Below are positions 7,947-19,096 of a stretch of DNA of 43,767 nt, one piece after another (positions within the stretch are counted from its first letter, which is position 1; each line of letters starts with the position of its first letter). The position numbers and the translations under genes are program-made. The notes beneath the pieces are model-generated. The model saw only the letters and a list, made by a program, of their open reading frames with translations. It had not been told where the DNA came from and ran no database searches. The DNA is from Candidatus Uhrbacteria bacterium (GTDB taxonomy: Bacteria; Patescibacteriota; Patescibacteriia; UBA9934; GWF2-40-263). Location of the stretch: the NCBI GenBank assembly GCA_043808565.1, contig JAZDEQ010000016.1, positions 1-43,767 on the forward strand, read 5' to 3'.

Positions 7947-10900
7947 TTAAGAAGCTTGCTTTGCTCTTGCTAAAACACTAGCTAAGTCTTCACTGCTGTC
8001 TGTGCTCGGCAAACGATCACAACTCTTAATATGGCCGCCCAAATACCGAATCAAAGTAACGGTATCATCACTATTATACTGGCGAACAAAAAGCGACGCC
8101 CCTTGAGCATTAAGAACAACTTTTCTAACCGCAGAAACAATGTTGTCTTCGCTATCAACAATTTTTTGATTCCAGGCAATGCCCCTTAAAAAAGCATCGC
8201 GATCTCCTTCAACAATCGGATATACTCCACCGCCAGTCTCACCTAAATCAATGTCTAAATTCTGTTTAGCTAAAATCGCTTGAACGTCAGAATTACCCTG
8301 ACCTTCTATAACCAAATTAAATCCTGTTGGCTTAAAAAAATGTTTTCCATCATCAATCTTATCAACAAAATCTTTAAAGCCTTGACCGGCGCGTTTGATA
8401 AAACCAAAATCAGATGACAATATTGGAATTGTTTCAGTTGTCGCTGCTTCGACTACTTTATCTATAATTGGTTGTTCTGACCCTGTGGGAATAAGGTGCT
8501 GATTGGAAACAGCGTGTCCGTCCTTAAACAAAATTAAATCCATTGAACCATCAGAATTTTCTTGTTGCAGTTGAACACCGCCATCGTGAAGTGATAATTC
8601 CACACGATCGGTTTCACCAACAAGCCCTCCTTGGCGATCAAAAATTTTTACTGCCCAACTTATATTTTCCTTATTGTCTTGAGTTGAATTAATACCACCA
8701 TCAATTAACTCTAAATTCTGAGCCGCGAGATTAGCAAGAATAGCATTTTTTTCTCCAACAAAATCGACCGGTGGCGGAGTATCGTCTGGTGAAATTGTAT
8801 ATTCACCACTGGCTATCTTGTTTAAAAGCTCTTTTTGAGTCTCATTACCAGTTCTGTATAAATCAGAATTAGGAATATCAGCCGAAGTTCTGGCTACTTC
8901 TCCACCACCTTGATGACCAACACTGCCTTCTGGACGAACTGCTCCTCCTGTTTCAGAATGAACCCCGCCTCCACCAACCGGATGTTCGGCCGGGAAAGTA
9001 TCGGCTCCGGTATGAGTATTATGAACGTAAATATATTTACTCATTAACTCATCGTGAGGAATTTCTTTGCCATTTTTGGCATTAAGAAAAACAAAAGCCG
9101 GCTGACCGTTTCGTTCTTGAATATCAACGGCCACATTTCCTCTGGCCTCAGTAGTTAATCTGAGTTCAGTGTCTTTGTCTGGAAAAACTTTGTCTCGGTG
9201 AGCCATTTCCAAAAGATTTTTTTGCAAACTTTTTCCCGCCCCCAATCCGCAGTGGCTGGTGTCGTGTTTAGCTCGCTCTAAAGCCAAAGCCAAAATGGCG
9301 TTTTTCCCTTCGCCTTCTTGAACAGTGGGGATAATTCCGTTTTTAATGGCTTCTTTGGCATTGTTCGCGGCTTCTAATTCCTGTGTCGCTTCTAAAACCG
9401 CACCGGCCTTAATTTCTTCTTGTAGAACCCTGAGGTCGGCCAAGGTTGCGTTGGCTTTTACATCAAAATTCTCTGGTAATTCTTTACCCAATCTTTGCTC
9501 TTGAATGTGTCTTAAGGCACTTAATTCGTCTTTAGATAAATCCTTAAGTTTTTCTCCAAAAAGGGCTTTCCCTTGATCAAGATGTGATGAACTATTTTCA
9601 GTCAAACCCCCAGCCGCTCCGCCGGCCGGCAACTGAGAACCGGCACCACCACCAAGCCGGCCAGCAGGTACCATTGTGCCCGGCGCACCTGTGGCCGGAG
9701 CAACAGTGTTGCTTGGCGAGGAAGCTTCGGCCGAGTCAGCCGCCTCAGCGGCGGATTCGCCAGCTAGTACGTCCATTTTTTCTCGACCAAAAGCATGAAA
9801 ACTAATCCGATGCAAGTTATCAAGAAAATTATCAGAAGCAAGTTTGGCAGAGCCTTCCAAATCTTCCAAAAGGCCATTGCCAACTAAAGCTGTTTGCCAT
9901 TCAATCAAAGCTCTGTCAATAGAAGAATGCAGGACTCCGCCGTGCTGAAAAGCATTAATTGGATGTTCCATTGCGGCAAGCACTTCACTGCCTCCGATTA
10001 ATGTAAAGCCAGCAAATCTACCAATGGTTCCCAAAGCCTTGGCAAATCTTAACCCTTTAGCGCCAATAAAATCTCCTTCACCTTCACGCGCAAGAGCTGA
10101 ATAAGTTTCTTTAAAACCATTTACGATAAGTTCTGTAAACCAGTCTCCTTTTCGTATACCAGCCTCTTTTTCCTTAGAAACTCGCTGATACCGCTCGTAA
10201 AAAGCCACGCCACCATAAGCTAAACTTCGAACACCTCTTAAGCCACTAATCATGGTCACAGTGTTTATGGTTTCTTTTAAAGCCGTTATACCCTTAACCC
10301 GAGTCTGAATATTTTCTTCAATAAGTTTGGCGATGGCTTTAGCACGATCAGCCTCTAATTTAGCTTGATTTGTATCTCTGTCTTGCAAAATCCCGTCTAT
10401 TTTGGCTTTCATTTCTGTTTTTTGCCTATCAGTTAAATAATGCGAAGCTTCAACTCTTTCTTTTAAAATTCTGGCTCTAGCCGCAACTTTATCTTCGCCG
10501 CTTTTTTCTATAATCTCTTTGTCTTCAATTTTAAAAATGCTTTTTAATTCCCTTTTTTCAAGAGTTGTAAAAATTTTCTGACTAATATACCTGGGCACGT
10601 CAATTGCCGCCTTTACACCCAACACACTAGCCACTCCGCCCAGTAAGGCTGCACCAATAGCTTTGACGTAATCTATGGGGGTTGTTGGTTTTTCTTTTTG
10701 TTCTTCCTCTAACAGCTCGCCCTTAACATGCTTACGCCAAAGCCGGCCAATAAAACCCGATGAACCTTTGGTTTCAGTTTTTGGTTTATCTGGAGCGGCT
10801 TTGGTTTCTGGCTCTGGTTCTTCATCTGGCTCCGCACCGGGTTCTGGTTCTGCGGCTTCTGGTGCCTCTGGTAATTCGGCTGGTTCGAGATGAAAAAAAC

Positions 10901-12185
10901 CACCATTTTCTGGATCAAAATCTGCACCATTTGAAAAATCAATAAGCGCGGCTGGCATTTTTTCAGGATCGTTTAATTGAATAACTCCATCAACTGGTGT
11001 GCCATAATCCTTGTCTGGATCATCTTTACTGTGCCCAAGAAAAAGCATTGCCTGCTCAACCCCTAAATCTTTTTTAAGTTTATCGACCGCGGCTTTTATT
11101 TTGGCTTTGTCTTTTATATCTCTTGGTTTAGACCACAATAACTCTTCGACAGTTGTTTCCTCTCTTTTTTTAATATCATCGATTTCAACTGTTGATTCAC
11201 CGATTGTATGAATAACCAGTGCCCGTTCATTATAAACAGTAAGCGGTAAACTTTCTTCCATTTCAGCCATAGTATCAACGAAGCCAGCCCCAAAATTAGC
11301 TATTAACCAATTTTTTGTATCTTCACTTTCGTTGGCAAATTTTAAAAATCCATGGATTCCTTCTTTTAAATCATCGTGGTTGCCCCTGACTGACTGAAAA
11401 TTATCGGGAAATTTAGCAATTAAATCAGCGACTATTTTTTCCACAGCCAAACCTCGGCCCATTTCTTTGGCCATAAGTTCATCTTTTTCGGCTTTTTCTT
11501 TAATTTCCAAATCAAGGAAATCCCTATCTGGTTTCGCTTGCAATTGTCTACGATAATTTTCTTCTGACAAACCTGGGTCTGAATTTAGATTTAAAAATTT
11601 TTTTCTAATTATAGAACTTGACGTTGAATTTCCATTTAAATCAGTATCTGGAACCACCCAATTACTAGGTTTTTCCGAATGCATCAAGTCGCCGGCAAGA
11701 ACTAAATTTATTTTTCCTTCACCTAATAACTCAAAAACCGTTTTATTGTCCATGTCTGGCATTCGGCAAGCCAAAGCCGCGGCCAGCATTTCTGGCCGAG
11801 CGTGAATATCACCCAAGACTAAAGTTTTTACATCAAGCATTCTTACCAAACCTTCTCGGGGTTTTAAAATATCGCGAGCTGCTTCAATGGCTGGTAAGTA
11901 ATGTTCTTTGTCTTTTAACTCCGGATTTTGAGCAAATTTTATAATATCAACTAATTCAGCGGGCATGGTTTCGGCCTGGGGTTCGGTTTCAGACCCTTCG
12001 ACTTCGTCGTCTTCTTCTTCGTCTGCCTCTTCTGCGGGATCATCAGAAACTTGTTCTGGGTTAGGCAAATGTCTTTTTCTAAAAATCCCTAAAAGGCGCT
12101 GAAAAAGACTGCTGGGTTTTTCAGCTTCTGGCTTTTTTTCTGGAGCCGAACTGGTTTCAGGACTTTGTTTAAAAGTTTCTGCCAT
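7947..12185 (-). CDS. Large (1412 aa) protein with an N-terminal calcineurin-like metallophosphoesterase domain, central hydrophobic helices and low-complexity linkers
   Basis: Motifs LGDIHA, LAGDLMH, RGNHD, VIH, LGHS in order; acidic/Pro-rich linkers; Gly/Ala-rich hydrophobic segments. Confidence 0.8.
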   Translation of the reverse strand: MAETFKQSPETSSAPEKKPEAEKPSSLFQRLLGIFRKRHLPNPEQVSDDPAEEADEEEDDEVEGSETEPQAETMPAELVDIIKFAQNPELKDKEHYLPAIEAARDILKPREGLVRMLDVKTLVLGDIHARPEMLAAALACRMPDMDNKTVFELLGEGKINLVLAGDLMHSEKPSNWVVPDTDLNGNSTSSSIIRKKFLNLNSDPGLSEENYRRQLQAKPDRDFLDLEIKEKAEKDELMAKEMGRGLAVEKIVADLIAKFPDNFQSVRGNHDDLKEGIHGFLKFANESEDTKNWLIANFGAGFVDTMAEMEESLPLTVYNERALVIHTIGESTVEIDDIKKREETTVEELLWSKPRDIKDKAKIKAAVDKLKKDLGVEQAMLFLGHSKDDPDKDYGTPVDGVIQLNDPEKMPAALIDFSNGADFDPENGGFFHLEPAELPEAPEAAEPEPGAEPDEEPEPETKAAPDKPKTETKGSSGFIGRLWRKHVKGELLEEEQKEKPTTPIDYVKAIGAALLGGVASVLGVKAAIDVPRYISQKIFTTLEKRELKSIFKIEDKEIIEKSGEDKVAARARILKERVEASHYLTDRQKTEMKAKIDGILQDRDTNQAKLEADRAKAIAKLIEENIQTRVKGITALKETINTVTMISGLRGVRSLAYGGVAFYERYQRVSKEKEAGIRKGDWFTELIVNGFKETYSALAREGEGDFIGAKGLRFAKALGTIGRFAGFTLIGGSEVLAAMEHPINAFQHGGVLHSSIDRALIEWQTALVGNGLLEDLEGSAKLASDNFLDNLHRISFHAFGREKMDVLAGESAAEAADSAEASSPSNTVAPATGAPGTMVPAGRLGGGAGSQLPAGGAAGGLTENSSSHLDQGKALFGEKLKDLSKDELSALRHIQEQRLGKELPENFDVKANATLADLRVLQEEIKAGAVLEATQELEAANNAKEAIKNGIIPTVQEGEGKNAILALALERAKHDTSHCGLGAGKSLQKNLLEMAHRDKVFPDKDTELRLTTEARGNVAVDIQERNGQPAFVFLNAKNGKEIPHDELMSKYIYVHNTHTGADTFPAEHPVGGGGVHSETGGAVRPEGSVGHQGGGEVARTSADIPNSDLYRTGNETQKELLNKIASGEYTISPDDTPPPVDFVGEKNAILANLAAQNLELIDGGINSTQDNKENISWAVKIFDRQGGLVGETDRVELSLHDGGVQLQQENSDGSMDLILFKDGHAVSNQHLIPTGSEQPIIDKVVEAATTETIPILSSDFGFIKRAGQGFKDFVDKIDDGKHFFKPTGFNLVIEGQGNSDVQAILAKQNLDIDLGETGGGVYPIVEGDRDAFLRGIAWNQKIVDSEDNIVSAVRKVVLNAQGASLFVRQYNSDDTVTLIRYLGGHIKSCDRLPSTDSSEDLASVLARAKQAS

Positions 12186-12191
12186 ATAATT

Positions 12192-12509
12192 TTAAGATAA
12201 AAGTTGGCTTTTTATTTGTTGAATTTTTTGAGTCACCTCAAGATCTTGAGCAATTTGATTTTCGGCTTTTAAGGCTGTGGTATCAATTTTTTGTTTGCGC
12301 ACCTCAAAAGCCTGGTTAATGGCCAGTAATTTTTTAGAAAAATTCGCTTCTTCTTCGTTATCAGCTTTATCCCAAGCCACCAAAAGCTCCATTAAATCAT
12401 CGAGCATTTGTTGGTCATGCGAAGATGATATTATGTCAATAATTTCGAGTTTGGTTTCTCGATCTAATTCACTGGTTTTTAAAATTTCGACAACTTCTTT
12501 AAGACTCAT
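12192..12509 (-). CDS. Small acidic helical hypothetical protein
   Basis: 105-aa ORF tightly packed (3-6 nt gaps) with its neighbours. Confidence 0.75.
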   Translation of the reverse strand: MSLKEVVEILKTSELDRETKLEIIDIISSSHDQQMLDDLMELLVAWDKADNEEEANFSKKLLAINQAFEVRKQKIDTTALKAENQIAQDLEVTQKIQQIKSQLLS

Positions 12510-12512
12510 ATT

Positions 12513-12857
12513 TTAACCGGCGTCATTAATAATTTTCTCTAAATCATCGAGTTGGCTCATGGCTTTGTCGTCGTTTTGCCGAACTTTTTCTTCATGAGCT
12601 TGCTGAATTTTTAGTAAATCTTTTTTAAAAGAATCAAACTCCTTGGCAATGCCAGAAGTTACATAGCGCTCGAGAATGATCATGAGCTTATCGATTTGCT
12701 CCAAGGTCATTTCAGGAATAAGCACGGCCCAAGCTTCTTTGACCTCTTGAGGCAAATCAGCGGCCGATAAAAGCAGGCCTAAACGCCGACCAAGATCTTT
12801 AAATTCCTGTTCAAAATTCTCTTCCTGGGGTTTTGTTGAAACAGCTGGATTAGACAT
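12513..12857 (-). CDS. Small acidic helical hypothetical protein
   Basis: 114-aa ORF, first gene of an apparent 3-gene operon. Confidence 0.75.
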   Translation of the reverse strand: MSNPAVSTKPQEENFEQEFKDLGRRLGLLLSAADLPQEVKEAWAVLIPEMTLEQIDKLMIILERYVTSGIAKEFDSFKKDLLKIQQAHEEKVRQNDDKAMSQLDDLEKIINDAG

Positions 12858-12872
12858 ATGATTTTGTTAATG

Positions 12873-12917
12873 GGTTGCTTCGTCCGCGTCGTATTAGCAC
12901 TGCTCCTCGCAATGACG
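12873..12917. repeat. Half copy of family C (…CTCCTCGCAATGACG) palindromic element
   Basis: Shares GCTCCTCGCAATGACG with 29655-29670 and 24064-24078. Confidence 0.8.
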
Positions 12918-12961
12918 AAGATTGAGTTATTTTTTGAAAATTGTGGATAACTCATTATATC

Positions 12962-12995
12962 AAAAAATCGCCCTTGACTACAAGGCGATTTTTTC
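12962..12995 (-). terminator. Intrinsic terminator of rplU, overlapping its stop codon
   Basis: AAAAAATCGCC...GGCGATTTTTT hairpin. Confidence 0.6.
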
Positions 12996-13292
12996 GATTT
13001 TGATTTGGGTAAATGGCTGACGATGACCAACATTGCGGCGATAGCGAACCTTTGGTTTGTATTTGACGACCGAAACCTTATCGGCCCGACCGTGCTCGAC
13101 GATCGAGGCTTCGACTTTGGCACCGGCCACCATTGGTTTGCCGACCTTGACTTCGGTGCCTTCTTCGTCGGCCACGAGCAAGGCTTCGAGCTCAAGCTTG
13201 GCACCTGGCTCCATTTCGAGTTTCTCAACTTTGAGAAGCTCGCCTTGGCGGACAATATATTGTTTGCCGCCGGTTTTAATAACTGCGAACAT
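12978..13292 (-). CDS. rplU: 50S ribosomal protein L21
   Basis: MFAVIKTGGKQY...GHRQPFT. Confidence 0.98.
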   Translation of the reverse strand: MFAVIKTGGKQYIVRQGELLKVEKLEMEPGAKLELEALLVADEEGTEVKVGKPMVAGAKVEASIVEHGRADKVSVVKYKPKVRYRRNVGHRQPFTQIKIEKIAL

Positions 13293-13372
13293 AATTTTGC
13301 GCTCGCGACTTTCTGAATTTAATCAGACGTGTCAGCGATCAGTGAGTTAATTAGTTGGATTAATGAATAACC

Positions 13373-13445
13373 TGACCTCACCGGGAATCGAACCCGGATT
13401 TGCGCCGTGAGAGGGCGCCGTCCTAAACCGTTAGACGATGAGGCC
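13373..13445 (-). tRNA. tRNA-Glu (anticodon CTC), CCA not encoded
   Basis: Minus strand GGCCTCATCGTCTAACGGTTTAGGACGGCGCCCTCTCACGGCGCAAATCCGGGTTCGATTCCCGGTGAGGTCA folds as a cloverleaf with GTTCGA T-loop. Confidence 0.96.
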
Positions 13446-13533
13446 GAATTTATCTCCTCAAACCCTTTTCAGCCCTTTCGTCCTCTAAAAACAACAGGAA
13501 TAAGATATCATATTGGAAAAAATCTGTCGAGGG

Positions 13534-13562
13534 TTGACAAAAGGCGTTTTTTATGCTAAGAT
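13534..13562 (+). promoter_or_regulatory. Strong sigma70 promoter
   Basis: TTGACA (13534-13539), 17 nt including TG, TAAGAT (13557-13562). Confidence 0.75.
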
Positions 13563-13651
13563 TAACCGTCGTTTTAAAAAAAATATTCAGCGATTTCCTC
13601 ACGGTTTTCGCATGAAATCGATCAACAACGTACAACACGGGAGAAAAAACC

Positions 13652-14146
13652 GTGAAAACAATCGGAAAAGCGCTTTCCTTCGCCGCCGTCCTCGCCTTCA
13701 TCGGCCTCCTGGGATTTTTCGCTGTCGGACGAGTCGCAGTGTGGCAGAAGTGGATCGATTCGCAGGACTCCACGACCATCGACAAAATGGGAGCGAATCT
13801 CAACACCCTTGACGTGACGTGTCGGAATCTCAACGCGGCCACCAGTTCAATGGAATTGGCCGACTCCACCCACAACATGGACGGAAGCCTCGTAGATCCA
13901 CGACCCTTTGAGGAAGCCGCGAACAAGGCCGAAGAAAAAATCGGCGACTGCCTCGCCGTGCGCGACCAGCTTCGCGAAGAGGCTGGATGGGGAATGATCA
14001 AGAGTGCCTTCTACGGCACTCTTGCCTACACCCATTATCGGCGCTGGTACTGCGCCGATTCGATCTACGACTCTCGCGCCAACTCGTATGTCGACTTGGA
14101 TCTCTTCCCCGAATGGGTATGGAACCTGTTCGAGGACGAAGTGTAA
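13652..14146 (+). CDS. Hypothetical exported/membrane-anchored protein
   Basis: GTG start after GGGAGA SD; N-terminal hydrophobic helix; GC-richer; followed by a GC-rich hairpin at 14151-14202. Confidence 0.75.
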   Translation: MKTIGKALSFAAVLAFIGLLGFFAVGRVAVWQKWIDSQDSTTIDKMGANLNTLDVTCRNLNAATSSMELADSTHNMDGSLVDPRPFEEAANKAEEKIGDCLAVRDQLREEAGWGMIKSAFYGTLAYTHYRRWYCADSIYDSRANSYVDLDLFPEWVWNLFEDEV

Positions 14147-14357
14147 CTTCAGGCCCCGCGGCCAGAAAGAGCTACTCCGCATGCTCGTCTGGTGCGGGGC
14201 CTCTTTCTATTTTTGTAGATCCTCTCCTCTAACTCCTCCCCTACATTAGGATTAAGGGGAGGAGGAAGTTGGTTGGTTATTTTTTTGAGGTTTAAAAAAT
14301 AAGGCCAAAATGTGCTTACAAATTTTTATCACATTTTGGCATTTCCCTCTCGCTCTG

Positions 14358-14438
14358 CCCCTCTCTCTTGTCTCTCCCCCGGGGAGAGAGGATTAAATTA
14401 AGCCCCTCTCCCCGGGGGAGAGGTTGGGTGAGGGGTTG
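14358..14438. repeat. Family D C/T-rich double-hairpin element, copy 1 (empty site)
   Basis: CCCCTCTCTCTTGTCTCTCCCCCGGGGAGAGAGGATTAAATTAAGCCCCTCTCCCCGGGGGAGAGGTTGGGTGAGGGG; near-identical copy at 30487-30597. Confidence 0.9.
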
Positions 14439-14472
14439 GAGCGGAGGGGTTAGGGGTGAGGATTTAAAAAAC

Positions 14473-15768
14473 CTAATTTTCCTCTTCAGGATTCAGACGG
14501 CGTGAGATTCGGAAATTCCGTAAATTTTCTTGTTCGTTATTATATGCCTCTTCGGCAGCATCAATTCTTTGCCAAAAAGTAGCATCAGCTCTCATTCTTT
14601 CAGTCAATTCGGCATCCAAAGTAACCTCTTCGGCTTTTTGTTCGGCTGTTGTTCTGGCCAGAACTCTCTCTTTGGCACGATCATATTTACCAAATCGACT
14701 GGGTTCATATAATTTACGCGGTGGTAGTTCTGATGGTTGAAGCGGGTATTGATCTTTCCAATCAAATCCACGATACGCTGGATCTTTTAAAACCGCCGCC
14801 ACCCGAGTTTCAACATCAACCACGGCTAAGGTAATTTGTTCACCCAATAACTCAAGGGCTTGTAATTCTATTTCGGTTATCTCCGTAGTTATTCTATCGA
14901 CCCGTTGTTTAAATTCCTCACCAATCGGCAGAGCTGAACGAATGGAATCAGAAAAACTATCCACCGTCGCAGCTGTACCCCGGCGATAGATAGCTCTTTC
15001 AAAAGCATCTTCTAACCTATATCTTAAATTATGTGCCAATCCTTTTATTTTTTCTAAACGAAAAGGAATTGACCGTTCTTCTTCAGCTCTTTTTCTTTCT
15101 TCAGCTTCTTTTCTTTCAGTAATTAATCGGCTTTCAAGTTCTTGTAATTTTTTTAAATTTTCCAAAATCAGCCGCAGACGATTTTCAACATAAGCCACTG
15201 ACTGTTCTAATTCTTGTCTGGCTTTAATAATCTCATTTTGCGGTTTGCCTGTTTCTAATTCTTCCAATTTTTTAAGCCGGCCTTGTAATTTTTTTAACAT
15301 TTCTCCAGCCACTTTGGCGGCTCGTTGAGTCCCACGAGTTAAAACAAACAAAGGATTATTTTCGAGACTTCGTAAAGCCTTTTCGTCACCTGTTAAAACA
15401 AAAGAACGGGAAAGACTGTCTTTATAAAAATTACGCCAAAAAAATACGCCATTAATATCACGATACTTAACCAAATCACATTCAGAAAAAATTTCATCAA
15501 GCTGTCTGTTAATCTCATCTAAACGAACCACGAGACGCCCACGAAAAGCTTCTGTTGTTTCCAGGGGTTCTGCTTCTACCTGAACGGTTTCACTAACCGA
15601 AATGGGCTCAGCCCGCCGCCTTCTGACTACTCCGTCGGCCACTTTTCTAATAACAAAACCTTCTTTGGTTTTATCTGGCTTGTCTCTTAAATCTTCGCCC
15701 AAGCCTTCATGGCTTCGCCCCCCCCAGGCACCCATACGGGTACCAATATCGGATTTTCTTTGGCTCAT
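14473..15768 (-). CDS. Hypothetical coiled-coil, charged protein
   Basis: 431-aa E/K/R-rich ORF; no recognisable motif. Confidence 0.75.
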   Translation of the reverse strand: MSQRKSDIGTRMGAWGGRSHEGLGEDLRDKPDKTKEGFVIRKVADGVVRRRRAEPISVSETVQVEAEPLETTEAFRGRLVVRLDEINRQLDEIFSECDLVKYRDINGVFFWRNFYKDSLSRSFVLTGDEKALRSLENNPLFVLTRGTQRAAKVAGEMLKKLQGRLKKLEELETGKPQNEIIKARQELEQSVAYVENRLRLILENLKKLQELESRLITERKEAEERKRAEEERSIPFRLEKIKGLAHNLRYRLEDAFERAIYRRGTAATVDSFSDSIRSALPIGEEFKQRVDRITTEITEIELQALELLGEQITLAVVDVETRVAAVLKDPAYRGFDWKDQYPLQPSELPPRKLYEPSRFGKYDRAKERVLARTTAEQKAEEVTLDAELTERMRADATFWQRIDAAEEAYNNEQENLRNFRISRRLNPEEEN

Positions 15769-15874
15769 AAAAATTAATTAAAACCACCCCCGCCGTCGCT
15801 TGTGGCAAGCTATGGCGGGCACAGCCTTCCCCCTCCTTTAAAAAAACAAGGAGGAGGGGATGGACGTTAGAAAT

Positions 15875-17155
15875 TTAACTCTCCAACCACTTCCCATACT
15901 GCCTTACCAATAACTCGCTAGCGCGCAATGGTTCGGCCATTAAATCTTTAACAACTTTTTCCATACGCATACTTTGTGAACCCTTAACCAAAACAATGTC
16001 ACCTTGCTTGATTTGTCGATCCATAAAACGACCAGCTTCAATAGAATTTGATAATTCGATAATTTTTGTTGCGTCCATGCCAGCCTCACGAGCCCCAGCG
16101 GCAATGCCTTTGGCTTTTTCGCCGACACAAACCAGCAAGTCAGCCACTGACACCGCTTGTAAACCAATGCTTCGATGCTCAGCTTCGGAGTGAGTTCCAA
16201 GTTCGCTCATATCACCCAAGACCGCAATTCGCGAGCGGTCTTCGCGAGGTGCAAAATGCGATAAAACCTTAAGAGCCGAAGCTGTGGAAGCTGGTGCGGC
16301 ATTGTAAGAATCATCGATGATCAAAGAGCCTTTAATGCCCGGCAATGGACACAAACGACCAACGACTGGCTGAACCTCGGCTAAAACCGGCAACATTTCT
16401 TCGGCCGTCAAACCAAAATGTTCGCCAACCGCAATGGCCGCCAAAGCGGCCGTAATTTGACTGCGACCCAAAGCATTTTTTAAAACCACTTCATAAGAAT
16501 TATTTTTAGTCCGAATCGAAAATTTAGTGGTGGCAAAAGTTTCGCCAGGTTCAAAAGAAAAATCTTCGCGAGTGTCAATGGTTAAATCCCTGCCCTGAAC
16601 AGCCGATGAACCAAAACCATAAGTTACCACTGGCGCTTTACTGACCATGGCAAAATTTCGAACTCGTTCGTCGTCACCACTCAAAACTGCCAAACCATTA
16701 GCTGATAAAGATTCAATCAATTTCCGTTTTTCTGCGGCCAATTTTTCCATGTCAGAACCGTATTTTTCCACATGAACCGAAGTAATAGGTGTAACAACTC
16801 CTACCTCTGGTGAAACTAAAGCGCAGAGCTCGGCAATGTCGCCAGGTTTATCGGCGCCAAATTCCAAAACCAAAACTTGAGGAAAAGGTTTTTCATTTTT
16901 TAATAAAACTTTAAGCCAACCAAAAATTGATCGCCCTGGACTTTTTTCACCAAGAATAGCGAGCGGCACACCAAATTCATTGTTGTAATTCTCCTCAGCC
17001 GCTCGGACATCAAATTTTGCTTTCAAAACCGCGGCAATGGCGTTTTTGGTTGAAGTTTTACCAACCGAACCAGTAATCGCCACCACCCGAGGTTTATATT
17101 TTCGAACTGCCCGTTTGGCTTTAAATTGAATTAAGGTTTGGATGAATTTTTTCAT
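15875..17155 (-). CDS. murF: UDP-N-acetylmuramoyl-tripeptide--D-Ala-D-Ala ligase
   Basis: AITGSVGKTSTK, NYNNEFGVPL, IIDDSYNA, VLGDMSELG, VLVKGS motifs. Confidence 0.95.
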   Translation of the reverse strand: MKKFIQTLIQFKAKRAVRKYKPRVVAITGSVGKTSTKNAIAAVLKAKFDVRAAEENYNNEFGVPLAILGEKSPGRSIFGWLKVLLKNEKPFPQVLVLEFGADKPGDIAELCALVSPEVGVVTPITSVHVEKYGSDMEKLAAEKRKLIESLSANGLAVLSGDDERVRNFAMVSKAPVVTYGFGSSAVQGRDLTIDTREDFSFEPGETFATTKFSIRTKNNSYEVVLKNALGRSQITAALAAIAVGEHFGLTAEEMLPVLAEVQPVVGRLCPLPGIKGSLIIDDSYNAAPASTASALKVLSHFAPREDRSRIAVLGDMSELGTHSEAEHRSIGLQAVSVADLLVCVGEKAKGIAAGAREAGMDATKIIELSNSIEAGRFMDRQIKQGDIVLVKGSQSMRMEKVVKDLMAEPLRASELLVRQYGKWLES

Positions 17156-17185
17156 AAGTGACGTAAATTAATAAAGCGAATCAAC

Positions 17186-17277
17186 TGTCTAAACCATGAT
17201 TTTCTTGATTACCCTGATTGCCTTGATTTTTAAAAAATCATGTAAATCCTTTAATCAAGGAAATCAAGGTTTAGACA
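17186..17277. repeat. 9-mer-unit imperfect palindrome (CTTGATT…/…AATCAAG) with outer TGTCTAAACC/GGTTTAGACA IR
   Basis: Read directly; occupies most of the tgt-murF gap. Confidence 0.8.
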
Positions 17278-17279
17278 TT

Positions 17280-18517
<1,238 letters not shown>

Positions 18518-18536
18518 TTAATAAACCGGCTTCAAC

Positions 18537-18567
18537 GTAAAAAACCGTCGAATTTCGACGGTTTTTA
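18537..18567 (-). terminator. Intrinsic terminator after the ftsL-like gene
   Basis: GTAAAAAACCGTCGAATTTCGACGGTTTTTAC hairpin. Confidence 0.7.
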
Positions 18568-18637
18568 CTTTCGTTTTATTTTGATTTTTTCCCAATCGGG
18601 TCAGACTGTGAACAATCCGAACCGCTGATGGATATAA

Positions 18638-18994
18638 TTATCGATTCAACGAAACTGTCGACGCTTGGTTATTCAAGAAAACCGGTGGGGTTTTAGTCTT
18701 GACCATACCGAGCATTGGCACTTTCATGGCCACGGTTTCGGCCGAACGGGTTTCGGCTAATTTAATCTGAAAATTTTGATTAGCCAGTTCCAATTGATTG
18801 ATAGTAGTTTCCAAATCACGAATTTGATAACCATTAGTGGCCGAGCGATTAACTTGCACCACATAAGTTAAAGACAAAGAAAGCGAGATAACAAAAAGAC
18901 AACAGTTAACCACAGCCATATGTCGCCACATAAAATTCGCTAAGTGACGAGTTTGTCGAACTGAAGAAAAAAGAGTTTGGCTAAAACGGGACAT
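18638..18994 (-). CDS. FtsL-like bitopic cell-division protein
   Basis: TM helix plus short coiled coil (GYQIRDLETTINQLELANQNFQIKLAE); third gene after mraZ-rsmH. Start placed at ATG 18994. Confidence 0.7.
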   Translation of the reverse strand: MSRFSQTLFSSVRQTRHLANFMWRHMAVVNCCLFVISLSLSLTYVVQVNRSATNGYQIRDLETTINQLELANQNFQIKLAETRSAETVAMKVPMLGMVKTKTPPVFLNNQASTVSLNR

Positions 18995-19002
18995 AAATTG
19001 GG

Positions 19003-19093
19003 AATGTCTAATGTCTAATTTCCAATGTCTAATGATGGTAGTCAAAAATTCTTAAAGAAATATTAACCGTCCTTCATTAGACATTAGAAATTC
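19003..19093. repeat. Family B heptamer palindrome copy 2 (AATGTCT…/…ATTAGACATTAG)
   Basis: Shares AAATTCTTAAAGAAATA and TCCTTCATTAGACATT with 36462-36556. Confidence 0.85.
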
Positions 19094-19096
19094 CTA

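Noticed and set aside
12779-14249. Alternative-frame and antisense ORFs over rplU and the 13652 gene, and other short shadow ORFs throughout
   Set aside because: They overlap better-supported genes and carry no recognisable motifs.
13373-14460. Integrative element at tRNA-Glu
   Set aside because: No integrase and no duplicated tRNA 3' end (att site) seen in the window.
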